Of a stretch of 64,000 bases of DNA, positions 47,387 to 57,465 are shown in pieces. How positions within the stretch are numbered: position 1 is the first letter of the stretch; every line of letters begins with the position of its first letter. The DNA is from an uncultured Candidatus Saccharibacteria bacterium (GTDB taxonomy: Bacteria > Patescibacteriota > Minisyncoccia > Phycocordibacterales > CSBR16-119). A program made the position numbers and the translations under genes. The stretch covers positions 7,914 to 71,913 of the forward strand of contig CAYHDV010000003.1 in assembly GCA_964355515.1 (NCBI GenBank), given 5' to 3'. The notes under the pieces are model-generated. The model saw only the letters and a program-made list of their open reading frames with translations. It ran no database searches and was not told the DNA's origin.

Positions 47387-48634
47387 ATGATTAAAAAAGT
47401 ACTAAAAATTCTTCTTATATTTCTTCTGATTATTGCAGTGGTTGGCCTCTACCTTTTCTTCACACAGAAAAGGGTGCCAGGAGACGCACCGGAGAAAAAT
47501 ATATTTTCATTTTTTCCTTTTGGAAACAACTCTCAAACAACCACACAAACAGGTCTACCAAATGAAGGAGGTGAGAATCCCGATGTAGGTCAAAGCCCAG
47601 ATAATCTAAACCAAAGAATAAAACGGCTTTCAAATACAGATATAGCAGGGGCGACACTTTTTGAAAAAGAAAGAATTGTCCCGGCTGTAGATGATCAGTC
47701 AGAAGATACAGTAGAGATGGCGCTTGTGGCAAGGTACATCCAAAAGGAAGATGGACATGTATACGATATCTTTGTTGATACCCTAAAGACAGAGCTTCTC
47801 TCAAGCACTATTATCCCTCGTATTCATGAAGCTTTCTTTGGAGATAATCCAAATGAGCTTATTCTGCGATATCTAAAGAGTGACAACGAAACAATAGAAA
47901 CCTTTGGTGGAACAATAGAGAATGGATCAATCAAAGGTTCGTTTTTCCCAAAGAACATACCTATCCTAGCTATTTCCCCAGACAAAACAAAAGTTTTTTA
48001 TCTCACAGAAGAAGGTGAATACACAAAAGGTACAATAAGTTCTTTCGCAAATAAAAACAAAAAGCCTATATTTGAAAATGCTTTCTCTGAGTGGGTTCCT
48101 TGGTGGGGGACTGATTCTATTATCACCATGACAACTAAGTCTTCTGCAAACATAGAGGGTTCTGTGTATGGTCTATCTGCGACCACAGGGGTCTTGTCTA
48201 AACAATTTGGAGAGAAGGACGGCCTCACAACTCTCGCTTCTCCAAACGGTCAGAAAATCCTGTACTCAGAAAAAATAGATGGTGGAATAAAGCTCTTTCT
48301 ATATAACAAACAAAAAAATACCCACATAAACCTCGGCATCAAAACTCTTCCAGAAAAGTGCATTTGGGATATAAACTCTGTTGAGGTGTATTGTGCGGTG
48401 CCAAAAGACACTCTAAGTTCAAACCTTCCAGATGATTGGTACCAGGGTCTTGTTTCTTTCCGAGATTCAATATGGCTACTAGATACAGACTCCATAGCTC
48501 ACCAAGAGATTTTGGACCCATTTGAGGAGCAGTTCCTATCTCTTGATATCATTAATATTATGGTCTCAGATAAAAAAGATTACATGATCTTTACCGACAA
48601 AAAAACAAGCATTCTATACGGAACAGAAATTTAG
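47387..48634 (+). CDS. Membrane-anchored hypothetical protein (415 aa), last gene of the cluster
   Basis: N-terminal TM. Followed by a strong bidirectional terminator. Confidence 0.5.
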   Translation: MIKKVLKILLIFLLIIAVVGLYLFFTQKRVPGDAPEKNIFSFFPFGNNSQTTTQTGLPNEGGENPDVGQSPDNLNQRIKRLSNTDIAGATLFEKERIVPAVDDQSEDTVEMALVARYIQKEDGHVYDIFVDTLKTELLSSTIIPRIHEAFFGDNPNELILRYLKSDNETIETFGGTIENGSIKGSFFPKNIPILAISPDKTKVFYLTEEGEYTKGTISSFANKNKKPIFENAFSEWVPWWGTDSIITMTTKSSANIEGSVYGLSATTGVLSKQFGEKDGLTTLASPNGQKILYSEKIDGGIKLFLYNKQKNTHINLGIKTLPEKCIWDINSVEVYCAVPKDTLSSNLPDDWYQGLVSFRDSIWLLDTDSIAHQEILDPFEEQFLSLDIINIMVSDKKDYMIFTDKKTSILYGTEI

Positions 48635-48643
48635 TATAAAAAA

Positions 48644-48668
48644 GACCCCTTCTTTAGAGAGGGGGTCT
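48644..48668. terminator. Bidirectional terminator
   Basis: gacccct-tctttagaga-ggggtc, flanked by A- and T-tracts. Confidence 0.75.
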
Positions 48669-48683
48669 TTTTATATATAGATA

Positions 48684-49454
48684 TTAAATCGCGTATTCTT
48701 TCAGGCGAAGGTCAATGTCTTCTTCTATGCTCTTTAGTCTACTCTTAATAACTATCTCCTGACCTATGGTAAATAGGGTGTTTGTGATCCAATACAAGAC
48801 AAGGGTTGAGGGAAACATGAGTCCAAAAATAATAACCATTCCCGGCATAACAAATTTTACAAAAATCCCCATTTGTTTTTGCATCATATCCATTGGGCCA
48901 AGGTTGCTCATGTCTTTTAGAGACATTTTGTCATCCTTTTTAAATACAGGTGAGAGCCAAACTTGAATATATTGGAAGACTCCAGCCAGTATTGCAAGAA
49001 CAATGTTTGAAGAGCTAATATCTCGAATTCCAAGAAATCCCATCTGAATAGTCTCTGGAAAATGTAAAAATGGATAAACTAGTCCTTCTTGGAAAGAGAA
49101 TCCATCTTTTAATAGTGCGTAGAGTGACAAAACAACCACTATTTGAATAACAGTTGGAAGACACCCAGAAAAAGGGTTTACTTTTAGTTTTTGATAAAGC
49201 TCAAGCTGTTTTTGGGATTGTAGCTGTTTATTGTCTGGGTGATCTTTTTTAATCTTTTCAACAAAGGGCTGAATTCTATTGTTTTTGATCTGAGAGACAA
49301 GAGCCTTGTAAGAGAATGGGGCCAGAAGAAACTTAACAATAAGAGTTAACAGCACAATCGCCAAACCAAGGTTGTTTCCTGGTATAAAAAGAATAAGAGC
49401 AATAAGTAGGTTAAAGAGTGGTTTGTGTAAAATTATATTAAAAATAGCTTTCAT
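48684..49454 (-). CDS. yidC: Membrane protein insertase YidC (short Gram-positive/Oxa1-like form)
   Basis: Five TM helices. Conserved LAPFSYKA and P..GCLP region. 256 aa. Confidence 0.85.
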   Translation of the reverse strand: MKAIFNIILHKPLFNLLIALILFIPGNNLGLAIVLLTLIVKFLLAPFSYKALVSQIKNNRIQPFVEKIKKDHPDNKQLQSQKQLELYQKLKVNPFSGCLPTVIQIVVVLSLYALLKDGFSFQEGLVYPFLHFPETIQMGFLGIRDISSSNIVLAILAGVFQYIQVWLSPVFKKDDKMSLKDMSNLGPMDMMQKQMGIFVKFVMPGMVIIFGLMFPSTLVLYWITNTLFTIGQEIVIKSRLKSIEEDIDLRLKEYAI

Positions 49455-49491
49455 AAGAAGTAGTGTATCAAAACAATCTATTAAATACTAG

Positions 49492-49716
49492 TTAAGGGAC
49501 AGGGTCATATTTCTTGGTGGGGCACATCCCACAACGAGAGATTCTTTTTATACCCAAAAATGATCCTTTTATTGCCCCATATTTAATAATAGCCTCTTTT
49601 GTATATTCAGAGCAGGTTGGAAGGTAACAACAATCAGAGGCTATCCCCATAGAAACAAGCGTGTTTCTAATGAAAAGTTGATATATCTTTATTAAAAATA
49701 ATAGAGACTTCTTCAT
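49492..49716 (-). CDS. yidD: Membrane protein insertion efficiency factor YidD
   Basis: YQLFI...CCYLPTCSEYTKEAIIKYGAIKG...RISRCGMCP...YDPVP. Confidence 0.8.
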   Translation of the reverse strand: MKKSLLFLIKIYQLFIRNTLVSMGIASDCCYLPTCSEYTKEAIIKYGAIKGSFLGIKRISRCGMCPTKKYDPVP

Positions 49717-49719
49717 TTT

Positions 49720-50034
49720 TTATTGTTTAATCCTGCTTAATAGACCTGCAAGTTCTAAAAAAGAGTCTTTTTCTGGTGTTTTCTGTAAAAAAATAACCAT
49801 GGAAAAACCCTTGATTCCTTCTAGTTGAGAAGAAACGACATTATATATTTTGCGACGCAAGGCATTTCTTTTGACTGCGCTTTTTGATATTTTCTTTGAA
49901 ACAACCCCAGAGGCCTTTGTTTCTTTCCCAGAAGCTATATATTTCACACGAAAAAAGGGGGAGCTTAAAACCCTCCCTTTTTTCAATATTTCAGCCACTT
50001 CTTCTTTTTTTAGTCTGTTATTTTTAGGAAGCAT
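49720..50034 (-). CDS. rnpA: Ribonuclease P protein component
   Basis: 104 aa. KRNALRRKI RNR-motif analogue. Position between rpmH and yidD. Confidence 0.85.
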   Translation of the reverse strand: MLPKNNRLKKEEVAEILKKGRVLSSPFFRVKYIASGKETKASGVVSKKISKSAVKRNALRRKIYNVVSSQLEGIKGFSMVIFLQKTPEKDSFLELAGLLSRIKQ

Positions 50035-50050
50035 TCTGCCTATTATAACT

Positions 50051-50194
50051 TTATCTATCTGAAGTAGAAAGAGATGCTCGGCCCTTTCTTCGTCGTGCTT
50101 GGAGAATGTTTTTACCAGACCCTGTTTTTGACCGAGACAAAAAACCGTGTGTTTTTGCCCGTTTTTTAGTTTTTGGATTGTATGTAAATGACAT
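50051..50194 (-). CDS. rpmH: 50S ribosomal protein L34
   Basis: Not in the ORF track (47 aa). Manual translation gives MSFTYNPKTKKRAKTHGFLSRSKTGSGKNILQARRRKGRASLSTSDR, matching the L34 consensus, immediately upstream of rnpA. Confidence 0.8.
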   Translation of the reverse strand: MSFTYNPKTKKRAKTHGFLSRSKTGSGKNILQARRRKGRASLSTSDR

Positions 50195-50399
50195 AAAGAG
50201 GAGTATACATCAGCTATTAAAACAAATCAAGTTTTTTCGGAGATATATCCTGTTTGGCTTTTTTGGGTTTTGCATAAAAGAATATGTTTGTCGAATCGAG
50301 TTTGTTGGGTTTTTTATATTGCTCGTGTATAATTATCCACAGGTTTTAAACAGAAAACTCTTTTTCTATAGAAAAGAAAAAGACCGCTATAATGTTTTT
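50195..50399. promoter_or_regulatory. rpmH-dnaA divergent intergenic region with a perfect DnaA box
   Basis: TTATCCACA at about 50330. AT-rich. Divergent promoters expected. Confidence 0.5.
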
Positions 50400-51758
50400 A
50401 TGCAATCAGACACCATCAACAACAAAGAGCTCTGGGGAAGATGTTTAGAGGAGCTGGAGGGTCAACTTTCAAAGGCTAATTTTTCTACATGGTTTCAGAA
50501 CACTCATATATACAAGAGAGATCATGGTATTGCGACAGTTGGTGTTCCAAATGAATTTGTAAAAGAGTGGCTTGGAACCAAATATACAAAGCTAATATTA
50601 AAAACTGTTATGGTTTTTGACCCAGGGGTTCGAAATATTGAATTTACAATATCAAAGTCAGAACCAAAAGAAGAAAAACGTACTCATTCCTTCGGCTCAC
50701 CTTATGGGGGAGAGCTCCCTCTTCAAAATTTATATATAAACAAAGATGACAATCTAAACCCTAGATATACTTTTGATACATTTGTTGTTGGGTCATTTAA
50801 CGAGCTGGCTTATGCCGCCGCTCAAGCCATAATCAAGAACCCGGGGAGTTCTTATAATCCATTTTTTATCTATGGACAAACTGGGCTAGGGAAGACTCAC
50901 CTTATCCAAGCAATTGGAACTGAAATCAAAAAGAAACACCCTGGGAAAAAGGTTCATTATGTTACACTTGAGAAATTCTCCCTTGATTATGTTACCTCTC
51001 TTCAAAAAAATAGACCAAATGAATTTAAACAAAAGTACAGACAATATGATGTGATTATCATGGATGACATTCAGTTTCTTTCTGGAAAAGAAAAAACGCA
51101 AGAGGAGCTCTTCCACCTATTCAACACCCTCTATGAACAAAACAAACAAATTGTCTTTTCTTCAGATAAACACCCAAACTATATTCCTGGATTAGAGGAC
51201 CGTCTGAAGTCTAGGTTTGGTTCCGGTATGATAGTGGATGTTTCTGTACCAGAATATGAGTCCAGACTTGCTATTATTAAGTCCAAGATCAAAGAATCAG
51301 ATGTTGATCTCTCAGATGAGGTCAAAGATTATATAGCTTCATCTATGGAAGGAAGTATCCGAGAGCTAGAGGGAAGCCTAAATACCATATTGTGTCAGGC
51401 TCAGCTAAAAACAAAGCCCATGACCCTGTCTGAGGTTAAAAGCCTTATAAAAAACAATATCAAACCAAAAAGAAATGTATCTATTACAGATATTGTAAAA
51501 ATTGTTACTGATTTCTATAATATAGGAGAACAATCTGTATATGAAAAGACTAGAAGAAAGGAAATTGTTAAGGCAAGACAAATTATAATGTATATTTTAA
51601 GAGAGGACTTTAACATCTCTTATCCGATGATTGGTCAAAAGCTTGGAGGAAAAGACCACACGACTGTTATTCACTCTTGTTTAAAAATTAAACAAGAGCT
51701 GTTGGAAAAAACAGACCTTGTGGATGATCTCGAAAGACTACGTCTTATTTTCAAATAA
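50400..51758 (+). CDS. dnaA: Chromosomal replication initiator DnaA
   Basis: AAA+ Walker A GQTGLGKTHL. C-terminal DnaA-box-binding HTH. Start set at MQSDTINNKELW; the ORF-track extension upstream overlaps rpmH and was rejected. Confidence 0.9.
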   Translation: MQSDTINNKELWGRCLEELEGQLSKANFSTWFQNTHIYKRDHGIATVGVPNEFVKEWLGTKYTKLILKTVMVFDPGVRNIEFTISKSEPKEEKRTHSFGSPYGGELPLQNLYINKDDNLNPRYTFDTFVVGSFNELAYAAAQAIIKNPGSSYNPFFIYGQTGLGKTHLIQAIGTEIKKKHPGKKVHYVTLEKFSLDYVTSLQKNRPNEFKQKYRQYDVIIMDDIQFLSGKEKTQEELFHLFNTLYEQNKQIVFSSDKHPNYIPGLEDRLKSRFGSGMIVDVSVPEYESRLAIIKSKIKESDVDLSDEVKDYIASSMEGSIRELEGSLNTILCQAQLKTKPMTLSEVKSLIKNNIKPKRNVSITDIVKIVTDFYNIGEQSVYEKTRRKEIVKARQIIMYILREDFNISYPMIGQKLGGKDHTTVIHSCLKIKQELLEKTDLVDDLERLRLIFK

Positions 51759-52016
51759 AGTGTGGAAAGGTCTGTGGAAATTGATGAATAACGAAAGAAA
51801 AAGGCGTTGGTAAAAAAAGAATAACTGGTACTTTATAAACAGTGTTATTAAAAAATAAAAAGTTATTATTAGTAATAGTGATTGTGTTATCAAGTTTTTA
51901 ACAAGAGATATCCTAAATAAGCTTTATATAGTCTTACCAAAACCAGTTATCCACTTATTAACACCCCTAATAGTAATAATAAGTTATATATAGAAGAAAC
52001 AAACACCTGCTTTATT
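51759..52016. promoter_or_regulatory. Candidate oriC (dnaA-dnaN intergenic)
   Basis: AT-rich 258 bp with DnaA-box-like 9-mers (TGTGGAAAG, TGTGGAAAT, TTATCCACT at about 51940). Confidence 0.55.
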
Positions 52017-53120
52017 ATGAAAATAAAAACAAACATCCAAAAATTAAGAAACGCTATTATTCAAGCAGATAAGATAACTAGTAAAAACGCTAGTCATCCA
52101 GTTCTTGGTTCTATATTACTGAAGACAAATAAAGATTCTTTGAGTATTAGATCAACAAATCTTAGTCTTGGAATTGATATCACCATAAAAGCCACAGTTA
52201 TTGAGGAAGGAGAGGTGGCTGTATATGGATCTCTTCTTGTGGGTATTTTTTCATCATTATCAAGTAAGGAGGAGGTTTCTCTTGATTTGATAGATAAGAC
52301 TCTTTCTATCTCTGCTCAAGGTGTTAATCTTATTGTTAATACCTTAGAGACAGAGGAATTTCCTTCTATACCACAAGTCCAAGGTCTAACAATCTCTGTT
52401 CCTGTAAAAGTACTCTTAAAAGGACTAAGGTCTGTTTTTTATTCAGCTTCTGTTTCTGACATAAAACCCGAGATTTCTAGTGTTTTTATGTATCCAGAAA
52501 ACCAAGAATCTCTTGTTTTTGTTTCGACTGATACCTTTAGGCTTGCAGAAAAATTTGTAGAGATAGAGACCCTTCCTGATTTTGAGGGAATACTTATACC
52601 ATTTAAGAACATTTCAGAAATAATAAGAGTCCTTGGTGACAATGAAGAAAACTCCGTAGAAGTTATATTTAACAAAAATCAGATATCTTTTAAATCAGAT
52701 GATGTATATCTTACTTCTAGATTGGTAGATGGGGGATTCCCTGACTACAGGCAGATTATCCCAAAAGAGTTCAAAACCCAAGTTATTGTTTTGAAACAAG
52801 ATCTTATAAATGCTCTACGGCTCGCAAATATCTTCTCAGACAAGTTTAATCAGGTAACCATGGTGATTGACCCAAAAGCAAGCATTTTTGAGATCTCATC
52901 GAAAAGTAGCGGAGTTGGAGAAAATAGTACAACACTAGAGGCGACCCTTTCAGGAGAGCCAATTACCTTGAATATTAACTACAAGTATCTTCTTGATTGT
53001 TTCCAATCTATTCTTGAAGATAGTGTGGTTCTAGAATTTACCGAGTCCAGGAAGCCAATGATTGTAAAAGGTATTTCCAACAAAACTTTTATGTATCTTA
53101 TAATGCCAATTAATCGATAG
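52017..53120 (+). CDS. dnaN: DNA polymerase III beta sliding clamp
   Basis: 367 aa. Three-domain clamp architecture. Canonical position after dnaA. Confidence 0.9.
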   Translation: MKIKTNIQKLRNAIIQADKITSKNASHPVLGSILLKTNKDSLSIRSTNLSLGIDITIKATVIEEGEVAVYGSLLVGIFSSLSSKEEVSLDLIDKTLSISAQGVNLIVNTLETEEFPSIPQVQGLTISVPVKVLLKGLRSVFYSASVSDIKPEISSVFMYPENQESLVFVSTDTFRLAEKFVEIETLPDFEGILIPFKNISEIIRVLGDNEENSVEVIFNKNQISFKSDDVYLTSRLVDGGFPDYRQIIPKEFKTQVIVLKQDLINALRLANIFSDKFNQVTMVIDPKASIFEISSKSSGVGENSTTLEATLSGEPITLNINYKYLLDCFQSILEDSVVLEFTESRKPMIVKGISNKTFMYLIMPINR

Positions 53121-53122
53121 TT

Positions 53123-53377
53123 ATGAATAATATCGGAGGAATACTCGCTCTTTTTGAAAAAATAATAGAATCTGAGGTAGGTTCAAAAAAGATAATTCAA
53201 GAAGTTTTATTTGACATAATTGGAGTAAAAATAGATAGTTCAAAAATCAAAGTAAAAGAATTTAGTTTATATATAGAAGGGCACCCAGCTTTAAAAAACG
53301 AGTTATTTTTAAAACAAGATTTATTGAAAACTGAAATAAATAAAAGAATAGGAAAAAGCTTTGATTCTTTTAATTAA
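53123..53377 (+). CDS. Small hypothetical protein, possibly DUF721/DciA-like
   Basis: 84 aa directly after dnaN. Weak pattern resemblance to DUF721. Inference only. Confidence 0.35.
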   Translation: MNNIGGILALFEKIIESEVGSKKIIQEVLFDIIGVKIDSSKIKVKEFSLYIEGHPALKNELFLKQDLLKTEINKRIGKSFDSFN

Positions 53378-55942
53378 TTAAATCCCCAAAGAAACAGGAA
53401 GAGATATTACCGCCTTGTTGTAGCTTTGGTCGAAGACATATGCCTTTAGCTCATATGATCCAGAAGGTATACTAGACTCATTTAGGTGGACTGTTAGAGA
53501 TTTTGAACCATTTCTAGTTGTTCCTATGTAGATGTCATTCATAAAGAAATCTATCTTTAAAAGAGGCGAATTAACTGGACTAGAGAAATTAATTTCAAAA
53601 ACTGCGTCTGTCTCATATGAGATTTTTTCATTTCGGAGAGGTCGAACAAAAGACACGACAGGTTGAGAGCTTGCTGTATGGACGTTGTCATTGAAGGTTG
53701 GAATAGAAGAACCTGTTTGTTGAGGATAGTTTTGTTTATGTGAGTTCCACCAGTTTTGAACACTATATTCCCAGTTTTTATATTGATTGTCTTTTCCGGG
53801 ATTTTCTGGGTAGTTTCCAGTCGGGTTTGTTTTGTCTATCCAATAAAGTTCTGAATGGACATTTGTTATAACAATTTCATTTGTTGTTTCTTTTGGTGTG
53901 TATTCCGTCGCCAATCCTCCAGAAATACTATCTACAAAAGCTGAAAATCCACCAAGCCACTGTCCTCTAATTATGGGCTTGGTATCACTTGGTAGAGCTC
54001 GTGTAAGAGGTGTGAACTTATTATTTTCTGTCTTGGTTAGTGCATAGGACATATATTCTCCAAAGAGAGATCCAGAAATACCAGAACCTTGTTTCATTGG
54101 AGTGTTATCGTTGTTACCAGACCAAACACCAGTCACAATATCTGGTGAATATCCCACTATCCACGCATCAACCTTGTTATCTGTTGTTCCTGTTTTTCCA
54201 GCCACGTCATAACCCGGGAAATAAAGGAAGCTTCGAGAACCCCAAAGAGGTGTTCTCGCCACATTGTCAGAAAGAATACTATTTATTTTAATAGCAACAT
54301 CTTTGTTTAAAACTTGAGCACTTGAATTTTTGTATGATTCTAATACCTCTCCATCTTGTCTCTTAACTTCCAGAATACCTGTTGTTTGATTCCGAACACC
54401 CTCTGTTGCAAATACCCCATAAGCTGAAACCATTTCAATAAGCTGAACTTCTCCACCTCCCAGAACAAGAGTTAATCCATATCTATCAGGATCAGTAAGA
54501 GAACTTATACCTAAATTTTGAGCTGTTTTGATTGCATCACCTATTCCCACCAAATAAAGAAGTTTAACAGCGGGAATGTTTCTTGATTGAGCAAGTGCGT
54601 TTCTAAGAGTTATTGGCCCCACAAACAAACCATCATAGTTTTGGGGGTTATAACATTTATTTGAATCAGTACCTTTTTCATTGGCGCTCGCTCCACAACT
54701 TGGATTAAATTCTGTTTTTACATCAAAAACCACTGACTCTGGCTCGAAACCTTTTTCCATTGCTGTTGCGTATACAAAGGGTTTAAAAGAAGACCCGGGC
54801 TGTCTGAAGGCCGTAGCAATATTGAAATTACCGTCTATTTCTTCATCAAAATAATCTTTCGATCCAACCATACTTAAAACCTGACCAGTCTTTGGATCAA
54901 TAGAAACAAGGGCTGCGTTGCTTGCACCATACAACTCATTGTTTAAATCTGCATGTTTCTTAACGACCTCCTCACCTTTTTGTTGCAGGTCATAATCTAG
55001 GGTTGTTTTTACAATTAGTCCACCCCGAAGAATAGCCTCTTCTCCATATTTAGACTCCAAATATTCTCTTACCCAAAAAACAAAGTGAGGAGCCTTTATC
55101 CCAACCTCTTGTTTTGGTAAAAACTCAACCTCTTCTAACATTGCCATCTCTCCTTCCTCTTTTGTTATAAATCCAAGCTCTATCATCTTTGATAAAACAA
55201 GATCTTTTCTCTTATTTAGAGCCTCTTTGTTTTTTCCGTATGGTGAATAAAATGTTGGGGCATTGGGTATTGCTGCGAGATATGCTGACTGAGCCAGGCT
55301 AACATCCAAAGGATCAACACCAAAAAACGATAGGGAAGCCTCTTTTATTCCATAAATACTCCCACCATAAGGAGCTTCGTTTAGATAAATAGCAAGTATT
55401 TGTTCTTTTGAAAATTCTTTTTCAACCTTAACCGCAAGAATCCACTCCTTTAATTTTCGAGAAATTTTCTTATCTTGTGTAAGAAGGGTGTTTTTAACAA
55501 TTTGTTGAGTGATAGTTGAGCCCCCTTGGGAAAATTGACCAGATTTAAGGTTCGCAAAGACTGCTCTCATTAGGGCTTTGGGTTCGATTCCTTTATGGTA
55601 GTAAAAATTAGAATCTTCAATTGCCACCGTTGCATCTTTTGAATATTTTGAAATCTCTTCAAAGGGAATTACATTTCTTTTAACTTCTTCGTGGATATCA
55701 TAAAGAAGAACCTCTCCGGTTCGGTCATAGATTTTGGTTGAGTTTGCAATAACCCGGTCATTGAAAGCATTGAAATCAGGTGTTTTTAAGGTTGCAAGCC
55801 AAATAAAAATAACTCCTAATATAAAAATAGAAAAACTAAAGCCAAGCCATATCAGAGTGTGCCTATTTTTGCCTACATAAGAAACCACCTCTTTTTTTGA
55901 GGGCAGATTCTTAGATATTTTTTTTATGGGATTATGTTTCAT
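53378..55942 (-). CDS. Class A penicillin-binding protein (PBP1A: glycosyltransferase plus transpeptidase)
   Basis: GT51 motifs (EDSNFYYHKGIE, GGSTITQQ). Transpeptidase motifs (SSFKP, KTGT). Start set at MKHNPIKK to avoid overlap with the divergent tyrS. Confidence 0.85.
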   Translation of the reverse strand: MKHNPIKKISKNLPSKKEVVSYVGKNRHTLIWLGFSFSIFILGVIFIWLATLKTPDFNAFNDRVIANSTKIYDRTGEVLLYDIHEEVKRNVIPFEEISKYSKDATVAIEDSNFYYHKGIEPKALMRAVFANLKSGQFSQGGSTITQQIVKNTLLTQDKKISRKLKEWILAVKVEKEFSKEQILAIYLNEAPYGGSIYGIKEASLSFFGVDPLDVSLAQSAYLAAIPNAPTFYSPYGKNKEALNKRKDLVLSKMIELGFITKEEGEMAMLEEVEFLPKQEVGIKAPHFVFWVREYLESKYGEEAILRGGLIVKTTLDYDLQQKGEEVVKKHADLNNELYGASNAALVSIDPKTGQVLSMVGSKDYFDEEIDGNFNIATAFRQPGSSFKPFVYATAMEKGFEPESVVFDVKTEFNPSCGASANEKGTDSNKCYNPQNYDGLFVGPITLRNALAQSRNIPAVKLLYLVGIGDAIKTAQNLGISSLTDPDRYGLTLVLGGGEVQLIEMVSAYGVFATEGVRNQTTGILEVKRQDGEVLESYKNSSAQVLNKDVAIKINSILSDNVARTPLWGSRSFLYFPGYDVAGKTGTTDNKVDAWIVGYSPDIVTGVWSGNNDNTPMKQGSGISGSLFGEYMSYALTKTENNKFTPLTRALPSDTKPIIRGQWLGGFSAFVDSISGGLATEYTPKETTNEIVITNVHSELYWIDKTNPTGNYPENPGKDNQYKNWEYSVQNWWNSHKQNYPQQTGSSIPTFNDNVHTASSQPVVSFVRPLRNEKISYETDAVFEINFSSPVNSPLLKIDFFMNDIYIGTTRNGSKSLTVHLNESSIPSGSYELKAYVFDQSYNKAVISLPVSLGI

Positions 55943-56038
55943 ATAAGCTAAATATATCATATATGTTGACGTTCTTGCACTATCCAAGCTTACAAAATCA
56001 AGCTTTTTATAAATAGGTAATTCTGATACACTAGCTTT

Positions 56039-57433
56039 ATGACAGAAGAACAAAAATTAAAAGAACTAGAAGAATTATTTACTCGGGGGGTGGGTGAGTT
56101 TGTTGATCCTGACAACACATTCCGAAAAAAACTTGAAGCAAAAATAAAGGGAGAATACGACAAAGACATTGTTATTAAGTTTGGGGTTGATCCAACTAGA
56201 CCAGACATTCACTTGGGTCACGCGGTGGTCTTTCGAAAACTTCGAAAACTTCAAGACCTTGGTTGTAAGGCAATTTTCCTAGTGGGGGACTATACAAGTC
56301 AGATTGGCGATCCAACAGGAAAGAGTAAGGTTCGTCCAGAAATTGAACAAAAAGAAATTGAGGCAAACATGAAAACATATCTGGATCAAGTAGGTAAAAT
56401 ACTCTCAACAGACCCTGCGGTGTTTTCTTGGATTCGAAACTCAGACTGGTTTACATCAATAACTGATATTCAAACCACTCCAGGTTTTAAGGTTAATTTA
56501 AAAGGAAATGGGATGATGGGGTGGTTTGAGGGAAATTCTTTTATTGGGAAAGCCTTGTTGTTCAATAAGACGCGGATGCAAGAAACACATCTACATCGAA
56601 AAGAAATACACTCTGTTTCATTTTCACATGTTTTAAGAACTCTTAGAAAAATAACACACGGGCGGTTGGTTGAGAGAGACATGTTTCAGGCTAGAATTAA
56701 AAATGGAGAAGAATTGTATATGCATGAAATGATGTACCCGGTTCTCCAAGGTCTTGATTCACATATTCTTGCGAAGATTTATGGGTCTTGTGATCTTGAA
56801 ATTGGTGGGTCTGATCAACATTTCAATATGCTTATGGGAAGACATGTTATGAAAATATATGGTCAAGAGGAACAGTCTGTAATCTCTTTTGATCTCCTTG
56901 AGGGGCTAGATGGGAAAGAAAAAATGAGTAAATCTCTCGACAATTATATTGCAATCACTGACGCACCATCTGACATGTATGGAAAAGTGATGTCTATACC
57001 AGACTCACTTATTGTTCGATACTTTGAGCTTTGTACCTTTGAACCACAAGAATTACTTAACGAAAAAAGAGAAGAACTTTCTTCTGGGAAAAACAATCCA
57101 AAAGACATGAAGATGGAACTTGCAAAACAAATTGTTTCTATTTATCACGGCGAGCAATCTTCTCTCCGAGCTGAAGATGAGTTTGTTGAAACCTTTCAGA
57201 AGGGAGGTATTCCAGAAGAGATAAAAGAAATTTTTGTTGGGATAAACGCGCCACTTATAGATATCTTTACCGAACACAACCTTCTACCTTCGAAAACAGA
57301 ATTTAGAAGAAGGTTCGATGCCGGGGCAATCAAAAATGCAGAAACAGGGGAGGTATCTCCTCAAGAGATCTCAGAAGATATTGTTATAAAATACGGCAAA
57401 AAAGACTTTATTAGAATTATCGTCAAGAGTTAA
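56039..57433 (+). CDS. tyrS: Tyrosine--tRNA ligase
   Basis: HIGH-type motif PDIHLGH. KMSKS. C-terminal S4-like domain. Terminator at 57433-57467. Confidence 0.85.
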   Translation: MTEEQKLKELEELFTRGVGEFVDPDNTFRKKLEAKIKGEYDKDIVIKFGVDPTRPDIHLGHAVVFRKLRKLQDLGCKAIFLVGDYTSQIGDPTGKSKVRPEIEQKEIEANMKTYLDQVGKILSTDPAVFSWIRNSDWFTSITDIQTTPGFKVNLKGNGMMGWFEGNSFIGKALLFNKTRMQETHLHRKEIHSVSFSHVLRTLRKITHGRLVERDMFQARIKNGEELYMHEMMYPVLQGLDSHILAKIYGSCDLEIGGSDQHFNMLMGRHVMKIYGQEEQSVISFDLLEGLDGKEKMSKSLDNYIAITDAPSDMYGKVMSIPDSLIVRYFELCTFEPQELLNEKREELSSGKNNPKDMKMELAKQIVSIYHGEQSSLRAEDEFVETFQKGGIPEEIKEIFVGINAPLIDIFTEHNLLPSKTEFRRRFDAGAIKNAETGEVSPQEISEDIVIKYGKKDFIRIIVKS

Positions 57434-57465
57434 AAAACAAAAACCACATAATGTGGTTTTTGTTT

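Noticed and set aside
50106-50399. N-terminal 98-aa extension of dnaA in the ORF track
   Set aside because: It overlaps rpmH on the opposite strand and runs across a DnaA box. The conserved DnaA N-terminus begins at the Met at 50400.
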